From the NCBI GenBank assembly GCA_946411385.1, contig CAMKDV010000008.1, forward strand, positions 31,492-95,491: a stretch of 64,000 nt of DNA, given 5' to 3'. Under the pieces are notes generated by a model, which worked only from the letters and a program-made list of their open reading frames with translations, had not been told where the DNA came from and searched no databases. This stretch comes from an uncultured Bacteroidales bacterium. Lineage in GTDB: Bacteria > Bacteroidota > Bacteroidia > Bacteroidales > Paludibacteraceae. A program made the position numbers and the translations under genes. The first letter of the stretch is position 1, and each line of letters opens with the position of its first letter. Positions 27,201 to 35,898 of the stretch are shown here, piece after piece.

Positions 27201-30200
27201 GCATAAACGCTCCACTTCTTCGCGTCGTCCGTAGTTGTTCCCTCATCGTTATTCCAGCAACCAGGAATACCTGAAGTCAATTCATCAAATTTCTCGTTCC
27301 AAGGAAGCGAACTGATCGTCTCGCACAGCGTTGCAGCATTCAATGTAGCTATCAACGTATCGGCTGCCTCATCAGTTGCAGAGCAAAGAGCCAATACCTT
27401 CAAGTTATAATTGTACGACGAGCTGTTTGTCAAACCGCTGATGGTGATCTTCGGCTCGTTAACAACAGCCTCTGTAAAGGTCGCTTCGTCAGCAAGCTTA
27501 TACAGAACCTTGAACGATGCAGCATCTGAAGTCCAACCGAAGCTTACGCTGTTCAGCGTTGCCTCATTCTCCAATACTACGAGATTCGTTGCGCCAAGGC
27601 AAGAAGGAATTTCGTCAACAACAACATTATCGATTACTGCATAACCGTACGACGTACCACCGGCAAACTTGATAGCTACATAGTGATATCCGTCGCCAAC
27701 TGTATTGAGCAACTTCTCGTAGGCTGTATACGTAGATACTTGATCCAATGTATCCAAAGCAAGGAATGTCGTAGCATCAGCCGGATCAGTCATTACACCT
27801 ACAATAAATGAAGGATAACTTGCTCCGGTATAACTCGAGCCGGTCGCTTTGTACTGGAAGCGGATACGCAAATCGCTCAACGGGTCAGCTATTTCCGGTA
27901 AAGCTACAATACGTACAGATTCACTTGTACCGCCGGAGAAATACAACGATCTAGCTCCCTCGTAAGCATTCGTAGTAGAGTTGGAAATGTACGGATAACT
28001 ATCACCACCTTCTACATACGACCAGCATATAGGCAGAGTACCTGTTCCGTAATCCATATCCTCAAAGCCCATGCTATATGGAGCATGCGCTGCTACGCAC
28101 TCCGTGGCAACATAGCCGCCTACCTTCAGCGTGTCACTCGTGATGCCCTCACCGCAGATTCCTACGAGCTCCAAATAGATCTCATACTCGGTCGACGGAG
28201 TCAGGTTCGGTATAGTGAAGAGCGTATCGGCAAGCGAGGTATTGGAAGCAAGCTCAACCATCGAATCGGTGGCAAGCACGTTCATTACCTTCACACTATA
28301 TGTTTCATGAGTCGGAGCCCATCTGAGTACGATGCTATCCGGACCAACAGAATGAATGTAAATATCCGATGAAACATTATTGCACAATCGCTTCGTAATC
28401 GACAGATTATCCACAACAGCAGATAGTGAATCCGCACCGGTAGAACTGTCATTCATCCATCCGAAGCAGAGCTTGTACGTACCTGCCTGCTCCAGAGCCA
28501 CATTCAAGTTGGCACTTTGCCATTCTTTTGACAAATAGAAGAAAATGCTATTTTTCAGTTCGTTTTCGAACAGAATATATCCGTTTCCGGCTGCTTCCGC
28601 AACTGTTGTCGATCTCGTAACAGTCATGGTACCGACAGCACTGCTATTCGTATTCGCTGATTTCGGGGTAACATTGTCAGGAACAAGCATTACAATCATA
28701 CCGTCATACGAACTTTCGCCAGCGCCTCTCCAGTCAAATGCAATCTTGTATTCAGCATCAGCATCGTCGAAGATAAACGAGCGATAAACCCATGAGAACT
28801 GAGCAGTTCCCTTGTCATACTGATACGTCGTTCCTTCATCCTTACTGATGTACAGACCTTTCGTGCTACCCTCGCCATGATGCCCGGCAGCGCCGATTAC
28901 CCACTCGTTGGTGCTTGCGTTGGCAAATGACCACTTAGCGTTGTCATCTTCAACCTCAAAGCCGGTCGCATACGGAAGTTCTGTCGGCTCTTTAGGAGTA
29001 ACGAATGCGAACGAAGCTTCGAAAATCTCGTCACTCTCATTGCCTTCACCACATACGGCGGTAATAGCTACATCTACGGTATCTACCCAGTTCTCCTCAA
29101 AACCTTCAATCAGGTATTCAGGTACACCTTCTATCTCGATTTCGCTCTCGCCGAAATCACCGGAAGTTGTAGCAAAGTCAAGTTTCCACTTCGTTTCCTC
29201 ACCGCCGGCTGCCCAAGCAATCTTGATTGCGTGACTGCCTACGCTGTCCAGACGGGCTGACGAAACAGGCACACAACTCGGAGCGGGACGAAGAGTAATG
29301 TCGTCCACGTAAATGGAGTTAGGACCATAGGCCGCAACAAGGATATAAATCTCATCACGGAAACCGGCAAGCTTCTTGCGGAACTCAAGCCAATCGGTGC
29401 TTAAGCTCTTTGCAACACCAAGCAAGGTGGCACCTTCAAGCGAAGGAAGCGTGTTAATATAGAACTCTACAGAATCTGCATTACTATGGCTGGAGGCCTC
29501 GCGAACAAATGCAGAAATCTCATAATCCTCCGGCAAAATGATTTGCGGAGAAACAAGTACCGTAGCTTTGCCTGTTGCAGCGGAAGCATAGATAGCCATA
29601 TTGCCGTTATGCTTGTACGTCGAGCTGGTTGTCCAACCGCTCACTGCACCGTTCGGGCAAATCGTATCCCAGCAAGGCAACGTATGCAGCTTCAGACCAC
29701 TGGTATATTCCTCGAAGTCACAATGCAATGTGTCATTCGGGAAGTTGGCAATTGCCTCGCAAGCGGTATTGAACGAGAATTTACCTGTGAAAGGCTCACT
29801 GCTGTCTGTCTCGCTGCATACCTTTGTAATGGTAACATCCAGATTCCAATAAGCGGTAGCTTGTGTCAAACCGCTGATAAGCAAAGTCGTGTCACCTTCT
29901 ACCAGTTCATTGGCCAATACCGTCTCACCGTTCTTTATAAGCACTTGGTAGTCGGCTACAGCAGCCGTATCGTTCCAAGCAATAAGAGCAGATGTCGTGG
30001 TCGTTTCTTTTGCATATACGCTCAACGGAGGCCAGCATGTGGGAATCCGGCGGATGCGGATATCATCAAAGTAAGTGGCTGAACCATAGTAGCTCTCACC
30101 TACCATCCAGATGTAAACCGTTCCGGACAGCGAAATCGGGAAACGGTATTCATACCAACCGCTTGACGTCTCAGCTCCCATCAAAGTGCTTGATACACCG

Positions 30201-31489
30201 TAATGACGTGCAGCCAAACCGATTTCTGTAGCGGTCGAGGCATCAAAAGTAGCGGAGTTGCTGATATAGAAGCGTGCTCCTTCACCATTTGTACCTGATC
30301 CGTTACGATAAATCCAGAATACTACTTCATACGCATTGGCTTCAGGAATTACCACAGCAGGGAATCCTAACAACGTCTTACATACGGAAGTGGAACTACC
30401 CTTATCCGGTAAGCAAAGCGAAGCCGAGCCGGTATGATAATATGTGGTATTTGCCGACCACAAACGAGTAGAATTCGAACCGGCTGAAAGGATAACTTCG
30501 TTTACCCAGCACGTAGGCAACGTGTTGGTTGTGGGATTAGATGCAGCCGTAAATCCTTCGCTTGTCTCAAATCCATAGACTACAGGAAAGGTAGTAATAG
30601 CATCACAAGATGTGGCAAAGTTTAATGTACCTATACGGGTGGTAGATTCGCCACCATCACAAACGTGCGTTACCTCAACTGATAGCGAATATACAGTAGC
30701 CGTAGTAAGTCCGGTTAGGGTATAGGACGGCATGTTTACCGTCTCGTTGTTAACGAGTACTTCGTCACCGTTCTTTACGAGTAGCGTCCAGGAAGTCTCG
30801 TTGTCTGCACTTGCCGTCCACGAGAAAGAAGCGGTAGTATTTGCTACATCACCGAGCGTGATATTGCCCGGCCTGCCACAACTTAACACAGCGGGCGCAT
30901 ACGTAAACGTAACCTTAGGAACGAACGTCGCTGTTGTACCGCTCGCTGCTGTTTGGAATGTGGTGTGATCGTCTCTTGAGCCGTTCTTGTATACACTTGC
31001 TCCGGAAGTTCCGTACCAAGATAAAGACGGGCAGTTTCCTACTGCAATTTCCAAAAACTCTATCATCAAGTTACCGCCTTGATAACTGAACGGACTCGCA
31101 AACGTTATGTTCCATTCAGAATTAGCAACAGTGATCGAACCGGTATAAACCACCGTCGCACCATCGCGGCTGATAAAATTTGAGGAAGCTGCTGTTTCCG
31201 TTACTTCTTTCAAATATACCTCCCACGTTCCCGTAAGGCTCTGACTGGAGGAACTTGAATAGAATTTCATAGCAGAAATCGTACCACCTGCCATGTCCTC
31301 CAAATCGGAAGCAGGCACTACGAACTGACTACGAGTGCCATAATCGCCATAGAAGGCATAAGCCGGCACATACGAATTTGTCGTTGTTCCATCATTCACT
31401 GTGAGCTCATCTGCATTCACCGACATCGGCAAAGCCGTCAGCAAAGCAAACAGGCAACACGTGAACCATGTGTAAAAATGTTTACTCAT
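24293..31489 (-). CDS. Giant modular exported surface protein (8 Cys-bracketed Fn3-like modules alternating with roughly 180-aa jelly-roll-like modules) with conserved C-terminal motif
   Basis: 2398 aa with a signal peptide. Eight occurrences of the pattern C-x-x-P/V...TS(A/V)xF(S/G)W...(T)GLT..T.Y...V...CG....S......T.C. C-terminus KFIRDGQVYIVRDGKIYSIIGTTVR. Domain family names are tentative. Confidence 0.7.
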   Translation of the reverse strand: MSKHFYTWFTCCLFALLTALPMSVNADELTVNDGTTTNSYVPAYAFYGDYGTRSQFVVPASDLEDMAGGTISAMKFYSSSSSQSLTGTWEVYLKEVTETAASSNFISRDGATVVYTGSITVANSEWNITFASPFSYQGGNLMIEFLEIAVGNCPSLSWYGTSGASVYKNGSRDDHTTFQTAASGTTATFVPKVTFTYAPAVLSCGRPGNITLGDVANTTASFSWTASADNETSWTLLVKNGDEVLVNNETVNMPSYTLTGLTTATVYSLSVEVTHVCDGGESTTRIGTLNFATSCDAITTFPVVYGFETSEGFTAASNPTTNTLPTCWVNEVILSAGSNSTRLWSANTTYYHTGSASLCLPDKGSSTSVCKTLLGFPAVVIPEANAYEVVFWIYRNGSGTNGEGARFYISNSATFDASTATEIGLAARHYGVSSTLMGAETSSGWYEYRFPISLSGTVYIWMVGESYYGSATYFDDIRIRRIPTCWPPLSVYAKETTTTSALIAWNDTAAVADYQVLIKNGETVLANELVEGDTTLLISGLTQATAYWNLDVTITKVCSETDSSEPFTGKFSFNTACEAIANFPNDTLHCDFEEYTSGLKLHTLPCWDTICPNGAVSGWTTSSTYKHNGNMAIYASAATGKATVLVSPQIILPEDYEISAFVREASSHSNADSVEFYINTLPSLEGATLLGVAKSLSTDWLEFRKKLAGFRDEIYILVAAYGPNSIYVDDITLRPAPSCVPVSSARLDSVGSHAIKIAWAAGGEETKWKLDFATTSGDFGESEIEIEGVPEYLIEGFEENWVDTVDVAITAVCGEGNESDEIFEASFAFVTPKEPTELPYATGFEVEDDNAKWSFANASTNEWVIGAAGHHGEGSTKGLYISKDEGTTYQYDKGTAQFSWVYRSFIFDDADAEYKIAFDWRGAGESSYDGMIVMLVPDNVTPKSANTNSSAVGTMTVTRSTTVAEAAGNGYILFENELKNSIFFYLSKEWQSANLNVALEQAGTYKLCFGWMNDSSTGADSLSAVVDNLSITKRLCNNVSSDIYIHSVGPDSIVLRWAPTHETYSVKVMNVLATDSMVELASNTSLADTLFTIPNLTPSTEYEIYLELVGICGEGITSDTLKVGGYVATECVAAHAPYSMGFEDMDYGTGTLPICWSYVEGGDSYPYISNSTTNAYEGARSLYFSGGTSESVRIVALPEIADPLSDLRIRFQYKATGSSYTGASYPSFIVGVMTDPADATTFLALDTLDQVSTYTAYEKLLNTVGDGYHYVAIKFAGGTSYGYAVIDNVVVDEIPSCLGATNLVVLENEATLNSVSFGWTSDAASFKVLYKLADEATFTEAVVNEPKITISGLTNSSSYNYNLKVLALCSATDEAADTLIATLNAATLCETISSLPWNEKFDELTSGIPGCWNNDEGTTTDDAKKWSVYATGRTGKCLRFNSYTNSSGNTNVLSTPIISLPQEPAEFVFWCKNATGGAFSVSISANGAEREVIIPTLTSISDWTEEIVDLTSYAGQSVQFFFNATSNYGDGDAYMYIDDVKVREIPTCFPAKNLHAIDSLSTTSSVSFGWSPNSDETSWRVVVKNGETELKNEVVSDTVYTVTGLTSSTAYTLHVEVYVECGDIEAEALEGNLSLMTLCEAISTLPWSESFEGMPAGSSSSEAPLCWNLLNANNGTYPYIYVSTNSTYVRTGSKCLFFSNNYEQAGYAILPEFEDLSNAMITFSYKDENVNYSGPLEVGYLTDITDETTFVSLASFERSTTWVDEATAYLNTVPAGARVAFRYGASPASSSFYYLGIDDIVVKAQPSCRKPSDVTVGEVTSTSAAFSWTGNADNYSVVVYNGLTKLDSVVVAADALPFVIDTLSPNTSYAFRFEVMGMCGAEDGNSEVRSTILSVKTPCNLLPASELPYAENFESAVAGSGNLPDCWTNPLGGDYPYVYNSSSSSHAGSKCLYLYGGSSTTRRFAVLPGMEAPLSSLQLAFWYKQGSITDDYGYLTVGVMSDPSDTSTFVAIQSLEKVNTYTQAEIVLSAPANYHYIAFCIEGGNYSTSMYVDDINVSLAPNCKKVKNIEKASVTAYEAVFTWESNGDEEAWNVIVTDLANENAELVNATVNSRTVSVNNLTANTAYNFRVSVAANCGENEVSEAVSKDFSFRTALSPDMTEAIAPENTFTPNLGDASEQAKWIILGESETNHFIFGALEETPAMYISNNNSAWEYTLNAASGSMIYRQFSVADDSTEVRVQFDWQAYGEYTSYYYDYGRALIVAESAALSVSGSTLKIGERTIGTSDPQINGVYCLDDDEYALANVSVWTPLDKTIKLGNAGTYRLLFTWRNDTSSGTQHPLGVKNVSIENLGASIIPSNLINTDNDAIQVEKFIRDGQVYIVRDGKIYSIIGTTVR

Positions 31490-31607
31490 ACAATATAAAA
31501 TTTTGTAGTTAATAAAGTCTTTTCAGGCTCCACAAGGCCTTATCTTACTGTTCGTTACATCTACTCTTCATACCACCCGTAAGACCTTGTCGCTTTTAAC
31601 GCCCACA

Positions 31608-31633
31608 TGCGTACAGGCAAAAATACCTGTACG
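31608..31633 (-). terminator. Hairpin downstream of the 486-aa gene (weak terminator candidate)
   Basis: GCGTACAGG-caaaaata-CCTGTACGC, 9-bp stem. No clear U-tract on the minus strand, so readthrough into the giant gene is plausible. Confidence 0.3.
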
Positions 31634-31662
31634 CGTGTGCGTTTCGAACATAGTAATCCGAA

Positions 31663-33123
31663 TTACTTGCGGATACCCTGAACGTTGAACATCTCACCGT
31701 TGCGCTCAATCATCAGCTCACCGTTCACGAGACGTTTAACGGCCTTGATCTCTGCCTCTACGTTGTCTACGGCATCGCCTACATTGTAGGTGAACAGAGC
31801 ATATACGCCGGCGGTCGTCATGTCGCCATCGTCGGTCATACCTGCTGCCAAAGCCACATAGTCACCTGCCTCGGGAGCGCTGCTGAACAGGTCAACAAAC
31901 GTAAATGACTGATTACCACTGTAGGTAACGTAAGCCAGATAGCCGTAGTAAGCATAAGTAGCAATCCAACCGGAAATCTCGTCATCAACAGAAGCCTGGG
32001 TCAGATCCGACTGATATTTGTCATAATCCTCTTTCGACTCTACCGTAAAGAAGTAGTTGTCGCTGTTCGTCGTGCTCACGCTTACAATACCGTTGGCATA
32101 TGCCAGCGTAATCTGGTTATCCGACTGAGGAACAACCTTCGGTGCACCACCCAGATCCAGGATATATACAACACCGTCCTTGCCGATCAGCGTACCCGTG
32201 ATGTGCGGGTTACCGTCGTTGTCAAGAGTCAGCGTGAACTCAAGCTCTTTGATCTTAACTTGAGCAAGAGTAGCATACGAAGTACCTACATAGAACATGG
32301 TGTAGTCCTCGTCCATCATTTCCAGTGTGTACGTACCGGCTGCTTCCGTTACTTCGTCATAGTTCGACAGCGTAATGTAAACAGTGCTATCGGCATTCAT
32401 GCCGTAGAGCTGCCACCAGCCTTGGTCTGCTACATGGTCAAGCCAGATCAAATCGTTGATTACCACGTTGATCGTCTCACCCGTCAGCTCAAACGGAGCA
32501 TCCTCAAGATCAACCACATAGTCGCAGTCGAAGTAAGTTCCGCAGTACTCCGAATGCACTACAGAGTGGTAGTACTTCTCATAGTCGTAAGCAAGCACTA
32601 CAGGGAACTCAGCGTTGATCTCCATAGCTTCCTCCTCCGAGTTCATGTCCTCGGAAACGATGGAATAGTACGGAATACCGGCTACCTGCTGCGTGTAAGC
32701 TACAGTGAACGCACCGCTGATTGCCTCCAGCGTGTCAGTACCGTTGATCAAAATTGCCACGTTCGTCGTGTCAATCTCCATGTTGGCTGCTACCAGGTGA
32801 GTCTCGTCACCACCCGCATACACTACATAACCCAGGAGAGTCGTATCTGCACTATACAGGTCAATCTCCCACGTACCGTCGAGGTAGCAAGCTGTTGCCA
32901 TAGCTACGCTCGTTACCGATACGTCTTGCTTCGCGGCAACCACCTTGTGAGATGCCGACAGCAACGGCATACGGTGTGTTTGGCTTGCAATCTCTGCACG
33001 TACAGCGGCCATACGGGCTGCACGCTCAGCTGCTTGACTCTTGTCTGCCTTAACCAACGAAGGCACAGCATTTGCACTCATTACAAGCGCGCATGCCATA
33101 ATCAAAGTAAAAAACTTTTTCAT
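31663..33123 (-). CDS. Exported hypothetical protein with conserved C-terminal motif, upstream partner of the giant protein
   Basis: Start taken at ATG 33123 (MKKFFTLIMACALVMSANA); the track start 33135 adds 4 codons. C-terminus KRLVNGELMIERNGEMFNVQGIRK. No recognisable enzymatic motif. Confidence 0.65.
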   Translation of the reverse strand: MKKFFTLIMACALVMSANAVPSLVKADKSQAAERAARMAAVRAEIASQTHRMPLLSASHKVVAAKQDVSVTSVAMATACYLDGTWEIDLYSADTTLLGYVVYAGGDETHLVAANMEIDTTNVAILINGTDTLEAISGAFTVAYTQQVAGIPYYSIVSEDMNSEEEAMEINAEFPVVLAYDYEKYYHSVVHSEYCGTYFDCDYVVDLEDAPFELTGETINVVINDLIWLDHVADQGWWQLYGMNADSTVYITLSNYDEVTEAAGTYTLEMMDEDYTMFYVGTSYATLAQVKIKELEFTLTLDNDGNPHITGTLIGKDGVVYILDLGGAPKVVPQSDNQITLAYANGIVSVSTTNSDNYFFTVESKEDYDKYQSDLTQASVDDEISGWIATYAYYGYLAYVTYSGNQSFTFVDLFSSAPEAGDYVALAAGMTDDGDMTTAGVYALFTYNVGDAVDNVEAEIKAVKRLVNGELMIERNGEMFNVQGIRK

Positions 33124-33346
33124 ACAATAAATCATTAATTTGTTTGTTTGTATTATTGTAGGTTCGGCTTAAGCCCTTTCACGGCAAAAACCATTGTTTG
33201 TTTTTCCTTATAAATGTTTTTTATGTTTTTTGTTCTAACCACTATCCCCATTCCATTCTTATATATAACATGCCACCGGCACAAATGACCTCCATCATTC
33301 GTGCCTTTCCTGGTGAGGATTTAAGCCTTGCTGACGCAAAGTGGCG

Positions 33347-33378
33347 CAAAGTTACGACTTTTTTTTCACATTTGCAAA
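33347..33378 (-). promoter_or_regulatory. Bacteroidota-type promoter for the 486-aa / giant-protein operon
   Basis: The minus strand reads TTTG-caaatgtgaaaaaaaagtcg-TAACTTTG. The -33 box lies within ATTTGCAAAT. Confidence 0.5.
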
Positions 33379-33482
33379 TCTTTTTCACAATTTGCTAACA
33401 AAATGTTACATTTTACCCGACTTTTGCTTACACTGAGAAACATTTTGCCACATCCACATATCAATCCAGGTTTCATCGACCA

Positions 33483-33571
33483 TTGTCGAGTCACTATCGA
33501 GTCATTATCGAGTCATATACAGGTCATCTACAGTCCATCTACGGGTCATCTACGGTCCAACTACGAGTCTA
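33483..33571. repeat. Eight-unit 11-bp phased degenerate array (TCGAGTCAyTA x3 then TCTACrGkyCA x4-5)
   Basis: GTCA/GTCC cores at 33490, 33501, 33512, 33523, 33533, 33545, 33555 and 33567 (spacing 10-12, mean 11). Confidence 0.75.
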
Positions 33572-33610
33572 AACCCGATTTTTTAAACATTTTTAATATT
33601 TTCGACGCTT

Positions 33611-33644
33611 GTTTTTTGGGTTATTTTGGGTAATTTTGGACTAA
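33611..33644 (+). repeat. Phased TTTTGGR decamer element (TTTTGGGtta TTTTGGGtaa TTTTGGActaa)
   Basis: Three T4-G2-3 units at 10-bp spacing. Related copies at 24174-24206 and (reverse) 56321-56351. Confidence 0.6.
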
Positions 33645-33735
33645 TCCTAATCCTCCGCGCGACCTTATTGCCGAACGCGAATTTGCTACCTCAACGCAAA
33701 AAAATCAACAAAATTTCAAAAAAACGCGCCCACAA

Positions 33736-33767
33736 CTTGCAAATGTCATTTTTTTTTTGTATCTTTG
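33736..33767 (+). promoter_or_regulatory. Bacteroidota-type promoter for the OmpA-family gene
   Basis: CTTG-caaatgtcattttttttttg-TATCTTTG. 36 nt (33737-33772) are 35/36 identical to the M16 peptidase promoter at 52342-52377 (reverse). Confidence 0.55.
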
Positions 33768-33859
33768 TAGGCTTTTTGAGATAAACTCAAAAGTACAGAC
33801 CCGCAACGGGACACACATTGCTTAAAAAACCGCATAACTATCGGGACAAATTATCGTAT

Positions 33860-35692
33860 ATGCAAACATCAAAGATACTTTTAGCCGTCTTCACGGCAAT
33901 AGCCATCGGCAATACCGCCATGGCGCAGACAGCAGACGCAGATCAGTACCGCCAGCAGCAAGCTGCAGCACGCAAAGATGCTCAACGCGCACGACAAGCC
34001 GAGCGTGCCGATTATGCCAAGCACTCCAATGCCAACTCCGAAGTGGCACAAGAGACTGCCGCCTATCTCGCGGAGATGGCACGCGTGCAGAAACACAACA
34101 ACGAAGTCGCCGACTACATGACCCGCGACATCGCACACCGCCTCGCCGTATGGCTGGACCTCGGAGCGTGCTCACGCATGGATCACATAGGCGTGAGGGG
34201 AAGCGAAGGCTTCAATATCGGCGGAGGAGGAGCACTCGGCATTGGCTACCAGCTGCGCCGAAGCAAGTTCCTCTTCACCACAGGACTGGAGTTCCGCAGC
34301 ATCAACTACAACAGCGTTTCCTTGATTGATCCTTCCCAACCGCTAAAAAGGGTAGACTATTACCTCGGCTATCTCCAACTGCCGCTCATGTTCGGTATGG
34401 AGTTGCCGAACTGGTACTGGCAGCTTGGCGGCAAGGTAGGCTACAAAGTCATGGATGTCAAGAGCAGCCTTAGTTCGGCTTTGCGCGTTGCGCCGGCATT
34501 CGAGATAGGTATGAACTTCGACCGTTGGTCGCGTCCGCAACTGCCTGCCGGTCAACAGATGACTCCTGCACAGCGCCGCCAATTCCGTATGCACTACAAG
34601 CTTGCCTTGTTCGGCGAGTGCGGTCTGATTGACAAGCCCAATCCTGCCGCCGGTACCACACGGTTCAAAGAGGATCTGACGGTCGGCTTCAAGTTCACCG
34701 CTGCCTATCAGTTCCGCCGTCAGCAGAAAAAGATGGAACCGCTCCCCACGCGCCCGCGGCCCGCTATGACCGTCCTTGTTAAGGATGCCAACGGACGACC
34801 GGCTGAAGGTGTCATGGTCGTTGCGCACGACCGCGTGTCCAACGGCAAGTCCTACGGCACTACCCTGCCCGATGGCAAGGCCGTCATCAATCTTGCACGA
34901 GGCGAATATGACCTCCGAGCCTATCGCAACGGCAAGATGGCTGAACCGCTACATATCGAGCATCTCGACCTCAACGGCGATGCTTACGAACTTATCCTCA
35001 ATCAAGAGGACGACACCCCGGCTGAGGTACGCATCGTTGATTATGAGGAGGTCACCCTCGATCCTAATCTCCCGCGCCTCGTAGGCCGCGTCTGTGATGC
35101 CGAGACAGGCGCTCCGCTTAACGCAGGCGTACGCGTTGGCAACTGGATTGATACCACCGCTCTCTATCATGGCACAGCCAACAGCCGTGGCATCTATGTT
35201 ACACGCCTCTACCGAGGCGATTATAGCGTACATGTGCGCAAAGCAGGCTATATGCCGCTCATCGATGCGATCCACTTCGAGCAAGACTCTGTCATCCTCA
35301 AGCTCAAACCCATCCGAGTCGGCACAGCTGCCAAAGTGAAAGACCTGTTCTTTGTCAAAGACAAAGCTACCCTGCTGCCCGAATCGGAAACGGCACTGGC
35401 TAACCTTGCCATGTTCCTCCGCCAGAACCCGGATGTGTGCATCAAGCTCACCGCACATACCGACAACCAGGGCGACGAGGATCGCCTCATCCGCATGTCC
35501 ATGGCGCGCGCCCGAATGATTCGCCGTAACCTCGTCAACCGAGGTATTGATATCAACCGCATCGAGATCGACGGCATGGGCGGCACACAACCCGTCGCTG
35601 ACAACGAATCCGAATACGGTCGCGCCCTCAACCAGCGCATCGTCATGGAAATAACCTCCCTCACCGGTCCCGCACCCGCCACGGAGGAATAA
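33860..35692 (+). CDS. OmpA-family outer-membrane protein (beta-barrel + two carboxypeptidase-regulatory-like domains + OmpA C-terminal domain)
   Basis: Start taken at ATG 33860 (MQTSKILLAVFTAIAIGNTAMAQ); the track start 33818 is TTG. C-terminal peptidoglycan-binding block LTAHTDNQGDEDRLIRMSMARARMIRRNLVNRGI...NQRIVMEI. Confidence 0.8.
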   Translation: MQTSKILLAVFTAIAIGNTAMAQTADADQYRQQQAAARKDAQRARQAERADYAKHSNANSEVAQETAAYLAEMARVQKHNNEVADYMTRDIAHRLAVWLDLGACSRMDHIGVRGSEGFNIGGGGALGIGYQLRRSKFLFTTGLEFRSINYNSVSLIDPSQPLKRVDYYLGYLQLPLMFGMELPNWYWQLGGKVGYKVMDVKSSLSSALRVAPAFEIGMNFDRWSRPQLPAGQQMTPAQRRQFRMHYKLALFGECGLIDKPNPAAGTTRFKEDLTVGFKFTAAYQFRRQQKKMEPLPTRPRPAMTVLVKDANGRPAEGVMVVAHDRVSNGKSYGTTLPDGKAVINLARGEYDLRAYRNGKMAEPLHIEHLDLNGDAYELILNQEDDTPAEVRIVDYEEVTLDPNLPRLVGRVCDAETGAPLNAGVRVGNWIDTTALYHGTANSRGIYVTRLYRGDYSVHVRKAGYMPLIDAIHFEQDSVILKLKPIRVGTAAKVKDLFFVKDKATLLPESETALANLAMFLRQNPDVCIKLTAHTDNQGDEDRLIRMSMARARMIRRNLVNRGIDINRIEIDGMGGTQPVADNESEYGRALNQRIVMEITSLTGPAPATEE

Positions 35693-35696
35693 CCGC

Positions 35697-35898
35697 ATCG
35701 ACCAATCTTGGGCGATAAAAAAAAGCATCGACCAATCTTGGGCGATTAAAAAAAGCATCGACCAATCTTGGGCGATAAAAAAAGCATCGACCAATCTTGG
35801 GCGATAAAAAAAAGCATCGACCAATCTTGGGCGATAAAAAAGGATCGACCAATCTTGGGCGATAAAAAGGGATCGACCAATCTTGGGCGATAAAAAAA
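35697..35898 (+). repeat. Seven-copy tandem array of a REP-related hairpin plus A-tract (unit GCATCGACCAATCTTGGGCGAT-A7-8, period 28-30 bp)
   Basis: Hairpins at 35697, 35727, 35757, 35786, 35816, 35844 and 35872 (each 20 nt). Core CCAATCTTGG is identical to the RAYT-flanking REPs. The array starts 5 nt after the OmpA-family stop and ends 38 nt before the pckA ATG. Confidence 0.9.

Noticed and set aside
35697-35898. Possible CRISPR array (regular repeats of about 30 bp).
   Set aside because: There are no unique spacers: the sequence between hairpins is only an A-run plus GC. The units are 28-30 bp in total, and no cas genes or leader are present.
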